A DNA stretch of 64,000 bases, from NCBI GenBank assembly GCA_963727485.1, contig CAVSGM010000001.1, forward strand, positions 1,120,001 through 1,184,000, written 5' to 3'. The position numbers were made by a program, and so were the translations under genes. This stretch comes from an uncultured delta proteobacterium. Its GTDB lineage: Bacteria; Myxococcota; Myxococcia; SLRQ01. Under the pieces are notes generated by a model. It was not told the origin of the DNA. It did not search any database and was given only the letters and a program-made list of their open reading frames with translations. This document shows, in pieces, positions 17,798 to 28,409 of this stretch (its first letter is position 1; every line of letters begins with the position of its first letter).

Positions 17798-18351
17798 GGC
17801 GTCGCCCCTCCCGTGTCCCCGTCCTTGGGTTTGAGGATCCGGCTGAACACGGTCACCGGGAACAGGGGCTTGTGGAGCGGGTCCTTGGTCTTGCCCTGGT
17901 CGATGATCTGCTCACGGGTGGTGTCGAGGACCGCCACCAGGGAGTTGTAGGAGATGCCGTCGTCGGGGAGCACGATGACGGTGTCGCTCTTGGGGTACTG
18001 GCCCTTGATCTGGATCAGCCGCGCCTGGAGGGCCTTGAGGTCGTAGGCGCCGTTCTTCTTGGGGACCTCGAGGCTCATGTCCGAGAGCTCGGAGTCGGGG
18101 ATGTTGTTGCCGGTGGCCGAGAGCTCGAGCTTGTCGGGGAGCACCTGGAGGTTGAGGGTGACGGTCTTGGTCTTGTCCGGGTGCGGGTTGCCCTGGGGCA
18201 CGTGGGTGGGCAGCGACGAGGGGATGACTCCGATGTGGTAGAACGCCGCGCCCATCAGCAGGAACGGGATCAGGGTCATCATCAGGTTCATGATCGGAAT
18301 GAGGTTGAGGTCGTCGACCTCATTCTTCGCCTGACGCCATCTGTCGAACAT
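17794..18351 (-). CDS. ExbD/TolR family protein (AglQ-like)
   Basis: LNLIPIMNLMMTLIPFLL TM; YDLKALQARL..IK..YP...VIVLPDDGISYNSLVAVLD...LFP. Confidence 0.9.
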   Translation of the reverse strand: MFDRWRQAKNEVDDLNLIPIMNLMMTLIPFLLMGAAFYHIGVIPSSLPTHVPQGNPHPDKTKTVTLNLQVLPDKLELSATGNNIPDSELSDMSLEVPKKNGAYDLKALQARLIQIKGQYPKSDTVIVLPDDGISYNSLVAVLDTTREQIIDQGKTKDPLHKPLFPVTVFSRILKPKDGDTGGATP

Positions 18352-18373
18352 GAGTGGGAGCCCTTCGGCGGAA

Positions 18374-19078
18374 TCAGGCGACGGCGGAGCCGCCGCCACG
18401 GGTCGCGGTGGTCACTCCGGAGCCCGAGGGCGGGCCGCCTGGGGCGTGCATCTCGCGGACCGAGCCGGTGAGGCCGACCATCAGCTCGGTGGCCCCGCCC
18501 TCGATCTCCATCACGATCTGCTCCTGGCGACCGGAGAGGAAGTGGTGGAAGAAGAGGAACGGCACCGCGACCACGATGCCGAAGGCGGTGGTGTACATGG
18601 CCTGGGAGATGCCGTCGGCGAGCGCGGTCTGCCGCTGGGCGGCGCTGGCCGCGGCGACGCTGGCGAAGGCGCCGATGAGGCCGAAGATGGTGCCGAGGAG
18701 CCCCAGCAGGGTGGCGGTGTTGGCGAGGAGGCCCAGGAGCGCCACCCGCTTGCCCAGGTGGGGCAGGGCCACGAGCATCTCGCCCTCCATCGCCCGCTCG
18801 ATCTCCTTCTCCCGGCGGTTGGCCTTGAGGAGCCCGGCGCGCATGACGTTGATCAGGGGGTGCTTGGAGCGGATCTCGCAGGCGTCGAGGGCCTGGCGGT
18901 ACCGGCGTCCCTCGACGTGGCCGAGGATGGTGTCCATGAAGCCCCGGAAGTCGAGCTTGCGCAGGACGTAGAGGTTGAAGGCCCGCTCGAGAAAGATGAC
19001 CGTCCCCACGATCGAGACGGCCAGGATCACGTACATGACCCAGCCGCCCTTGCTCAGGTACTCGAGGAGGATGCTCAT
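18374..19078 (-). CDS. MotA/TolQ/ExbB proton channel protein (AglR-like)
   Basis: LANTATLLGLLGTIFGLI..F and LADGISQAMYTTAFGIVVA family motifs. Confidence 0.95.
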   Translation of the reverse strand: MSILLEYLSKGGWVMYVILAVSIVGTVIFLERAFNLYVLRKLDFRGFMDTILGHVEGRRYRQALDACEIRSKHPLINVMRAGLLKANRREKEIERAMEGEMLVALPHLGKRVALLGLLANTATLLGLLGTIFGLIGAFASVAAASAAQRQTALADGISQAMYTTAFGIVVAVPFLFFHHFLSGRQEQIVMEIEGGATELMVGLTGSVREMHAPGGPPSGSGVTTATRGGGSAVA

Positions 19079-19977
19079 GGGTTACCGCCCTTTGCGAAGT
19101 GGCCGTCCGTGAGGTCGACCTTGTTGAGTTGGGTCTGGGTGGCGTCGATGGTGGCCAGATCCCCCGCCCCCGGAGAGATCTCGGTCAGCCGGTGCCGCTC
19201 CACCTGCACCGTGGCCGTCGAGTCGTAGATGGAGAGCCAGTCGAGGGCCCCCGCCGGAATGCGATGACAGCCATCATCGACGATTCTGCATATGACGCGA
19301 TTTCGGTACAAGGCGTCCCCGGGATGGGCCGGGTCCTGGGTGTAGAGCTCGACCAGCACATAGCTGCCGTGGCCCGCCGTCCAGTTCATCTGCATGTCGT
19401 CGGCGAGGGCGCTGCGATGGAAGCTGAGGCCCGCGATCGGCGCGGCCGAGGGGCCGCTCATCTTGGTGTCGGGAAAGGTGGGTGAGCTGCCGCTGGTGGT
19501 GGCCTTGGAGGAGAGCGAGAGGTCGGTGGTGTCCAGGATCCGGGTCACCGGCGTCGACTGGTAGTGGCCTTTGACCTGCCCCACGTCGGCGGGGCCCCCG
19601 ACGAGGCCGCCGACCTTCACCTGGTCCACCGTGAGCGGGGTGGGGGGGCTGGAGACCTGGGGCTGGCCGTTGACCCGCCAGCAGTCGCCGGAGTCGAAGA
19701 TCTGCTGGGCCGGGGTCGACTGGTAGGTGGACAGGTCGTTGAAGTAGAGGCGGAACACCCCGGACTCGGTGCCGGCGACCTGGTCCACGGTCTGCTCGGC
19801 CTGGAGCACCGCCTCCTTGCCCTGGCCGTTCGGATCGGCGCCGGCGGGCAGGGGGACGTCGGGGAGGTTCTCGTCGAGGCAGTTGGCGGGGATGGTCGGC
19901 CCCGTGGCCTGACCGCAGCCTCCGAGGACGGGCGCCGCCCCCAGGGCCAGGGCCAGGATCGTCGCCCAGCGCTTCAT
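19075..19977 (-). CDS. Lipoprotein, function unknown
   Basis: MKRWATILALALGAAPVLGG-C lipobox; C-terminal VICRIVDDGCHRIPAGAL motif; stop overlaps the aglR-like start. Confidence 0.8.
   Translation of the reverse strand: MKRWATILALALGAAPVLGGCGQATGPTIPANCLDENLPDVPLPAGADPNGQGKEAVLQAEQTVDQVAGTESGVFRLYFNDLSTYQSTPAQQIFDSGDCWRVNGQPQVSSPPTPLTVDQVKVGGLVGGPADVGQVKGHYQSTPVTRILDTTDLSLSSKATTSGSSPTFPDTKMSGPSAAPIAGLSFHRSALADDMQMNWTAGHGSYVLVELYTQDPAHPGDALYRNRVICRIVDDGCHRIPAGALDWLSIYDSTATVQVERHRLTEISPGAGDLATIDATQTQLNKVDLTDGHFAKGGNP
19283..19311 (-). promoter_or_regulatory. Putative sigma70-type internal promoter upstream of the aglR-like gene
   Basis: Minus strand TTGTAC-N17-CAGAAT inside an AT-enriched, rare-codon patch ~200 nt upstream of ATG 19078. 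Confidence 0.45.
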
Positions 19978-19991
19978 GGGGGTCCCCCCGA

Positions 19992-21962
19992 TCACGGCCC
20001 GGTCCCCCCGGAGACGTCCGGCCGCACGAACTCCTCGTCGTAGACCTGCACCACCGCGTCCGGCGGCGAGCGGTGGTCGGGCGGGAGGTACTGCACCGGG
20101 AGGTGGGCCATGCGAACCGGCCCCGGGGTCGAGATGCGATCCTCCGGCGCCTCGGCGAAGTAGAGGAAGATGTTGTTCCAGCCGGTGCCGGTACCGTCGA
20201 CGTCCAGGGTCTTCATCAGCCGGACGTTGCGGACGGTGTACTGGAGGCACTGGCGCTTGCGGAAGATGATGCGGACGGTCTGGACCACGTCCTGGGGCGG
20301 CAGGGCCGAGGGGGTGACGGTCACCTTGATCATCCGCCCGGCGTCGCCCTGCACCGGGGCGTAGGACGAGGAGGGGAGCGAGATCTCGCCACCCTGGCCC
20401 ACCGAGACCGCCGGGCCGGGGTTGGCGTCCTTGACGTCCTGCCAGCTCATGGAGGGGGCGCTCCCGGAGAAGAAGCGCAGGGTGCCCAGGCCCTGGGTCG
20501 ACCCCGGCGAGATGTAGCTGATCTTCACCCCGGTGAGCTGGTCGAGGTGGGACGAGGTGGGCTGGATCTGGATGCCCTCGTCGGTGATGTCGTAGCGGTA
20601 GCCCCGGGCCAAGAGGTGGCTGGCGTCGCTGGAGCGGGGATCGGTGTGGTCGGCGATCTCGTCGCCGTTGGAGATCCCGTCGCCGTCGGTGTCCTTGGTG
20701 GCGTCGGGGTTGAGGTAGTCGGTCCCCATGACCACCTCCTGCCGATCCGGTGACCCGTCGCCGTCGGTGTCCACCAGGGAGGGGTCGGTGCCGAGGAGCG
20801 CCTCGTCGCAGTCGGTGAGGCCGTCCTCGTCGAGGTCGTGGCCCACCTTGAGGCCGTCGCAGGCCGCCGGGGTGTCCTTCTTCAGGGGATCGAAGCCGAC
20901 GAGCTCCTCGACCAGGTCGGTGATGCCGTCCCCGTCGGTGTCCATCTTCTTGGGGTCGGTGCCCAGCGCCTTCTCCTCGGCGTCGGAGAGGCCGTCCCCG
21001 TCGGAGTCGACCACCGGCCCGTCCGCGGTGGGCAGGGCGTTGACGTTGGAGACCACCAGGTGCTTCGCCTTGAGGATGGTGCGCAGGTCGAGGACGTCGA
21101 GGTCGGTGATGTTGAAGGTGTTGGGCGAGTTGAAGCGCTCGTAGACCCCGCCGCCGGCGAAGGCCATGTGCTCCATCTCCTGGCCCACCGCGTCGTTGTC
21201 CGCGGCCACCGGCTCGGCGGCGAGGTGGAGGACGTGGAGCCGGAGGCCCGCGGCGCCGGCGTCGGCGACCGCCTGGCGCATGGCCACCACGTCGGAGACC
21301 TCGATCTGGGCCTGACAGGTCTGGGAGGGGTGGTTGCCCGAGGCGATGCAGGCCACGTCCCCGGGCTGGCAGCAGGCCGAGGCGTCGGTGAGCGGGGTCT
21401 GGGGCCCGGAGTTGATGAGGATGACGACGTACTGGGTCAGCACCCGCTCCCCGGCGGGCATCTGGGCCATGTCGCCCTCGATGAGGGCCCGGGCCGAGCG
21501 GAGGCCCTCGCGGTAGTTGCGGCAGGTCGCCTGGCCGTTGCAGTACCGGGGCAGGGAGAGCTGGGTGACGGCGTTGAGGAGCACCCCGGGGTTCCGGGTG
21601 AAGTCCCCGGTGGCCGGGGCCAGCTTCTTGGCCGAGCCTGCGTAGCCCACCACCGCCAGCTCGTACTCGGGCTTGGAGAGGGCGGACTGGATGAACTTGG
21701 AGAGGACCTGGAGGCGCAGGCCCGCCGGGTCGAAGCCGGCGTAGAGGGGGCCGGCGGCCTGGTCGACCACCAGCACCACCCGCACCGGGAACCGGGCGGT
21801 CACCGGGTCGTCGGTGCAGACCTCGCCGCTCACCGCCAGGCGGTCGGCCTGCGCCGGGGCCCGGTAGCGGTGGTAGAGGTTCGCCTTGCTGCAGCCGGCC
21901 ACCAGGACCAGGAGCGCCGCCAGGCCCAGGGCCCGGGCCCGATGTCTCGCCGGCGCGGTCAC
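19992..21962 (-). CDS. VWA-domain lipoprotein with Ca-binding DxDGDG repeats (Mts-like, probably MtsE-type)
   Basis: Lipobox LVAG-C; GEVCT...FPVRVVLVVDQ; repeated DTDGDGxxDxxE..GTDP; paralogous to 24310 and 26470. Confidence 0.85.
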   Translation of the reverse strand: MTAPARHRARALGLAALLVLVAGCSKANLYHRYRAPAQADRLAVSGEVCTDDPVTARFPVRVVLVVDQAAGPLYAGFDPAGLRLQVLSKFIQSALSKPEYELAVVGYAGSAKKLAPATGDFTRNPGVLLNAVTQLSLPRYCNGQATCRNYREGLRSARALIEGDMAQMPAGERVLTQYVVILINSGPQTPLTDASACCQPGDVACIASGNHPSQTCQAQIEVSDVVAMRQAVADAGAAGLRLHVLHLAAEPVAADNDAVGQEMEHMAFAGGGVYERFNSPNTFNITDLDVLDLRTILKAKHLVVSNVNALPTADGPVVDSDGDGLSDAEEKALGTDPKKMDTDGDGITDLVEELVGFDPLKKDTPAACDGLKVGHDLDEDGLTDCDEALLGTDPSLVDTDGDGSPDRQEVVMGTDYLNPDATKDTDGDGISNGDEIADHTDPRSSDASHLLARGYRYDITDEGIQIQPTSSHLDQLTGVKISYISPGSTQGLGTLRFFSGSAPSMSWQDVKDANPGPAVSVGQGGEISLPSSSYAPVQGDAGRMIKVTVTPSALPPQDVVQTVRIIFRKRQCLQYTVRNVRLMKTLDVDGTGTGWNNIFLYFAEAPEDRISTPGPVRMAHLPVQYLPPDHRSPPDAVVQVYDEEFVRPDVSGGTGP

Positions 21963-22633
21963 GGAGACCCTCCGTCGCTCGGCTCGCAGGCGGCCTTCAC
22001 CGGTCCGGTGGCCGCGGCGCCCTCGCAGGCCGCCGGGGTCCCGCCGAACTCGGTGACCTGGCAGATGCCCTTCACGCAGGTCTGGCCGAAGGCGCACTTC
22101 ACGCCGAGGCAGTCGCGGGTGAGGCCGACGCTCACGTCGGCGGCGCCCTGGGTGGGAAACGAGACCCGGGCCTCGATGGTGGCCACCGGCGCCCCCTGCT
22201 TGAAGGCCTGGACCACCACCCACATGTCGCCGTGCCCATCCCTTAGATCAAAGGAGAGGGGCAGGTTGGCCGCCTGGCCGATCACGCAGCTGCCGGCGCC
22301 CGCGCCCCCGTCGGAGGTCCCGGCGTCGGCGGCGCCGCCACCTCCGGTGCCCCCGTCGACGCCGGCGCTGCCCCCGTCGACGCCGGCGGTGCCCCCGTCG
22401 GCGTCCGAGGGCGTGAACAAGTCCTGGGTGCCGTCGTAGACCGGGTTGCGATCGGCGTCGAGGAGCGTAACCCCGAGGGCGTCTACGTCGTCCGGCACAC
22501 GCACGTCCCCGCAGACGTGGAGGTGGACGCGCGGTCCATTCCCACATCCGGCGAGGAGCAGGGCGCAGACGACGAGCCCGCCGAGGGGCCGCGTTCGCGC
22601 GCGGCGGGGGTCACCCCGGTACCGGAAACGCAT
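21959..22633 (-). CDS. Lipoprotein with DGG low-complexity linker and Cys-rich C-terminus
   Basis: LLAG-C lipobox; [18 protein letters not shown]-terminal [17 protein letters not shown]; first gene of the leftward operon. Confidence 0.75.
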   Translation of the reverse strand: MRFRYRGDPRRARTRPLGGLVVCALLLAGCGNGPRVHLHVCGDVRVPDDVDALGVTLLDADRNPVYDGTQDLFTPSDADGGTAGVDGGSAGVDGGTGGGGAADAGTSDGGAGAGSCVIGQAANLPLSFDLRDGHGDMWVVVQAFKQGAPVATIEARVSFPTQGAADVSVGLTRDCLGVKCAFGQTCVKGICQVTEFGGTPAACEGAAATGPVKAACEPSDGGSP

Positions 22634-22784
22634 GGTCCGGCGATTCTACCGAGAGGCGGCTCCCAGGGAAATGTAGGCTCTGCCATCCAGGCCTGTATGG
22701 TTCGCCACACACCTTCGCGACGCCGGGCGACCATGTGCGTCGGTGTGGGTCACCAGGATCCGGCAGGTTGGCGGATCGGCGCCG

Positions 22785-22801
22785 CCGGCACGGCCGTTGC
22801 A
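22785..22801 (+). promoter_or_regulatory. Sigma54 (-24/-12) promoter of the mts-like operon
   Basis: CCGGCACGGCCGTTGCA: GG(22787-8)-N10-GC(22799-800), near consensus TGGCACG-N4-TTGC; 57 nt upstream of ATG 22858. Confidence 0.75.
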
Positions 22802-22857
22802 GCCTTCCCCAGGGAACGCCGGCAGCCCCGGCCAGACACGCTCCCGAGGAGGACCCG

Positions 22858-24222
<1,365 letters not shown>

Positions 24223-24244
24223 GTGCGACCAGACCGTCGACGGG

Positions 24245-24279
24245 ACGGCGCGGGCGGGGATCCTTCCCTCCCGCGCCGT
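24245..24279 (+). other. Strong intergenic stem-loop after the mtsC-like gene
   Basis: ACGGCGCGGG (24245-54) pairs with CCCGCGCCGT (24270-79), with further inner pairing; no U-tract. Confidence 0.6.
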
Positions 24280-24309
24280 TCGCGTGCGACGGCAGAAAGA
24301 GGTGGTGTG

Positions 24310-26473
24310 ATGCGTGCGCCGACCCTTCGGCTCCTCACCCTGGCAGCGCTCTTCGCCGCCATCGCCGGCGGGGCCTGCACCAACGCCCGGCTCCAGCCGA
24401 AGGAGCAGGCGCAGATCACCACCTACGACAACCTGCTGAAGATCAAGGGCGAGCTGTGCACCCAGCCCGCCGACAAGGTCACCTTCCCGGTCAAGATCCT
24501 CTTCCTCCTCGACCAGTCGGCGTCGCTCCAGTGCACCGACGCCACCAACCACCGGTTCGCGGCCCTCAACCGGGTGATCAACTCGCTGCTGCCCCTGCCC
24601 AACGTCTACTTCGGGTTCGTGGGCTTCTCCTCCTGGTCCCGGCGGCAGGACTTCACCCGGAACATGAACGACATCCGGCCGTTCCTCGATTCCCGCCGGG
24701 GGCCTGGGGCCGGCCACCGACTACCAGGGGGCGCTGGCCACCGCCATCCAGATGGTGGAGCAGGACATGATCAGCTCGGGCCCGGCGGTGCGGGCCCGCA
24801 CCAAGTACGTGGTGGTGCTGATGTCCGACGGCATCCCCGAGCCGCGGTGCAACGCCGGGTGCGAGGACGACAAGAACGCCTGCAGCGACGGCCGGGACAA
24901 CGACGGCGACGGCCTCATCGACGCCGCCGACCCCGACTGCGCCAACATCAACGACAACAGCCTCCACCCCGACAACCTCTATGGGGTGTGCAACACCACC
25001 GAGGACTTCCGCAAGAGCCGGGCCCCGGGCAGCTACGTGGACATGTCGGGCATCTGCCCGGCCTACAACCAGCCGCCGCAGATCATGGCGCGCATCGCCG
25101 ATCTCCTGGCCCTCTCCGACGCCTACTCCGCCGGGAGCGTGACCCTCAACACCGTGCTCCTCTTCGCCGACCAGGCGGCGGTGAACGCGGTCTGCCCCAA
25201 CGCCGGGCCCCAGTTCGGCTACGACCACGACCAGGCCAAGGCCCTCCTCGAGGCCATGGCCCAGGCGGGCAACGGGACCTTCCGCGACGTCAACCTCCAG
25301 AAGGCCGACGACACCTTCCTCGACTTCAACTTCACCTCGCTGTCGAGCCAGTACTGGCTCACCGAGATGGTCGCCCGGGACGTCAACGAGGTGCCCACCC
25401 TCAAGGGCCCCATCCCCGACAGCGACGCCGACGGGCTCTCCGACGACGAGGAGAACGCCCTCGGGACCGACCCCTTCAACCCCGACACCGACGGCGACCA
25501 CTACTCGGACCTCTTCGAGGTGCGCTACTCGGGGGCCGGGTTCGACCCCCTGGATCCCAACGCCCCGGCGCTCAACTGCCCGAGCAGCTCCGACCTCGAC
25601 GGCGACGGTCTCGACGACTGCGAGGAGAACTTCCTGGGCACCGACCCCCGCCTCCCGGACAGCGACGGCGATCGCCTCACCGACGGCCTGGAGCTGGTGG
25701 AGCACACCGATCCCACCACCGCCGACGCCCTCGCGGACCCCGACTTCGACGGGATCCTCAACCGTGAGGAGATCCGCGCCGGCACCCTGCCCCTGGTGCC
25801 CGATCTCTCCCGCTACCGCACCGACGCGGTGCGCTACAGCCTCGACGATCTCGGGGACAAGACGGTGGTGAACCCGGACACCGGCAACAAGGAGCTGCGC
25901 CGGTGCTACGATTTCGGGGTGAGCCACCTCGAGCTCGTCACCACGCCCCTGACCAAGGAGCGCGGCCGCAACCGCATCATCCTCCAGGCCCTCGAGGAGC
26001 CGGTGCAGCTGGTGGGGGCCCGGCCGGTGGCCACCGAGGCCTGCGTCGAGGCCTTCTACGACGGCAACACCTTCAAGGACCCGCCCAGCGGGGTGGTGGA
26101 TTCGACGCAGAGCTACTGGGACAATCTCCGGGACGCGTTCTCGGCGCGGATGGACGACATCGCCACCGCCTGCGGCAAGAACCCCAAGAGCTTCAACCGC
26201 AACACCCTCGAGCAGATCATGAACACCTGCCTCCCCGCGAGGCCCCAGGTCGGCGACTATCTCTACGACAAGGCCGACCTCAAGAAGCTGGTGGAGAAGT
26301 ACCTGACCCCGAACCTCAACGCGAACGTGCCCACCGACGCCTGGCAGATCTTCCACCCGATGGAGACCTTCGACCCGGCCACCGACTGCGTGCGCCCCTG
26401 GGAGATTGGCCGGCTGCAGCAGCTCTTCCGCACCATCCAGGACGCCTGCGCCAAGTGCGGAGGGGGCCCGTGA
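24310..26473 (+). CDS. VWA-domain lipoprotein with DxDGDG repeats (MtsD-like); frameshift at ~24691
   Basis: Lipobox AGGA-C; GELCT...FPVKILFLLDQSAS MIDAS. Removing one T at GATTC 24688 joins frames 24223.. and 24752.. (FLDPAGGLGPATDYQGAL...MSDG). Confidence 0.85.
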
Positions 26474-28390
26474 CCGGGGCGAGGCTCCGCGTGGTGGCGC
26501 TGGCGCTCTTGGCCGTCGCCGCCTGCACCAAGGCCAACCTCGAGCGGTGGCCGCCCAACCGGGGGTTGACCCGGGACGACAAGCTCGAGGTGCAGGGGCG
26601 CCTGTGCACCCGCACCCCGGAGAGCCTGGTCTTCCCCCTGCGGGTGCTCTTCGTGGTCGACTGCTCCGAGTCGATGAAGGTCACCGACCCGCCGGACCCG
26701 GTCACCGGGGTCACCGGCCGCGAGCGGGCGGTGCGTCAGGTGTGGCAGAGCCTGCTCGCCCAGGGGAACCAGGGCGTCCGGGTGGGCATCATCCGCTTCA
26801 GCGCCCAGGCCCAGTCCCGGACCCCCGTGGACCTGAGCGGCAACGGGGTCGCGGACACCTACTTCACCGCCGACCCCAACCAGCTCGACGCCGCCACCAC
26901 CGCCCTCGGCCAGACCGACCGCACCACCAACTACATCAACGCGCTGTCCGAGAGCTTCTTCGAGCTGCGCACCGAGATGCTCCGGGCCGACCTGGCCTCG
27001 CTGCCGCTCTCCAAGTACGTGGTGATCTTCATCTCCGACGGCTTGCCGGACACCGACACCACCCAGGGCAACGACAACACCACCACCAACATCCTCTCGG
27101 CGGTCAAGCAGCTCAAGGATCTCGCCAAGCTCTTCCACGTGGGGAACTTCAGCTTCCACACCGCCTTCCTCTCCGCCGGCCAGAACACCGCGGCGAACCA
27201 GCCCGCCGAGGACCTGCTCCAGCAGATGGCCAAGGTCGGGGGCGGGACCTACCGCAGCTTCCCCAGCGGCGAGTCCCTGAACTTCCTCCACGTGGATCTC
27301 TCGGTCCTCCGGCGGATCTTCACCCTCAAGACCCTGGCGGTGCTCAACACCAACTCGGTGATGGACACCTCCCAGATCCCCACGCGGCCCATCCCCCGGA
27401 TCGACGATCCCGGGTGGGTCGACCTCGACCAGAACCACAAGATGGCCTGCGGCGAGCCGCTGGTGGACAGCGACGGGGACGGGCTCGCGGACATCGTCGA
27501 GGAGCGAATAGGCACCGACCCCTTCAACAAGGACACCGACGACGACGGGCTCTCCGACCGCATCGAGTACGACTTCCGCAAGTCGGGCCTCGATCCCCTC
27601 GATCCCAAGGACTCGGGGTGCTTCGTCCCGGACGTCTGCATCAACCGGCAGCCCGATGGGAGCTGCGACTGCAACCTCGACACCAACCACGACGGGGTCT
27701 GCAACTGCGTCAACGATCCCACCCACCCCTGCGTGGACAACGCCGGTCATGACTGCATCGACATGAACGACGACGGGTACTGCGACTGCCCGGACCGCAA
27801 CCACGACGGCAAGTGCGACTACCCCGACTCGGACGGCGACGGCCTCAACGACTGCGAGGAGATTCTACGCGGGCACCAGCCACAACGGCGCCGACTCCGA
27901 CGCCGACGGGCTCCCGGACCCCATGGAGGTGCGCTTCCGCACCGACCCCTCCAAGAACGACGTCCTCGACGACCTCGACTGGGACAAGGTCCCCAACGGC
28001 ACCGAGGTCCTCTCGGGGACCGACCCCCTCTGCGACGACTCGGCCTTCCGCTCCTTCGCCGCCTACCGCTACGACATCCAGAAGGAAGGGATGGAGGGCG
28101 ACAGCACCTGCTACGACTTCAACGTGGGCAACATCACCCTGGTGCCCACCCTGAACAACGGCTCCAAGGGCTACCCGGGCAACGGGTGGAACCGGATCCT
28201 GATCTACGCTGGTGAGGTCGCCTTCGACGACCCCAAGACCTTCGCCGCCTACCGCGTGGCCTGTGTCGAGGCGAGCTACGACGCCAACGGTGACTTCAAG
28301 AACCCGCCCTCGGGCAAGATGAGCCTGACCAATGACGACTTCGTGGACCTCCGCAAGTTCGACCCCGCGGTCGACTGCAAGAAGCCCTAG
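26470..28390 (+). CDS. VWA-domain lipoprotein with DxDGDG and Cys-rich repeats (MtsB-like); frameshift at ~27862
   Basis: GTG overlapping the upstream TGA; lipobox VAA-C; GRLCT...FPLRVLFVVDCSES MIDAS, TTNY, FISDG; continues into frame 27923..28390 (CYDFNVGNITLV...NRILIY). Confidence 0.85.
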
Positions 28391-28409
28391 GCGCGCGCGC
28401 CCCAGCGGC

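Noticed and set aside
8371..19078. Calling this the canonical gliding (agl/glt) or spore-coat (nfs) locus
   Set aside because: Gene order and content differ and orthology cannot be shown without phylogeny; treated as a paralog.
24310..28390. Calling the frameshifted VWA genes pseudogenes
   Set aside because: Single indels at the same motif, with intact motifs and coupling, point to sequencing error.
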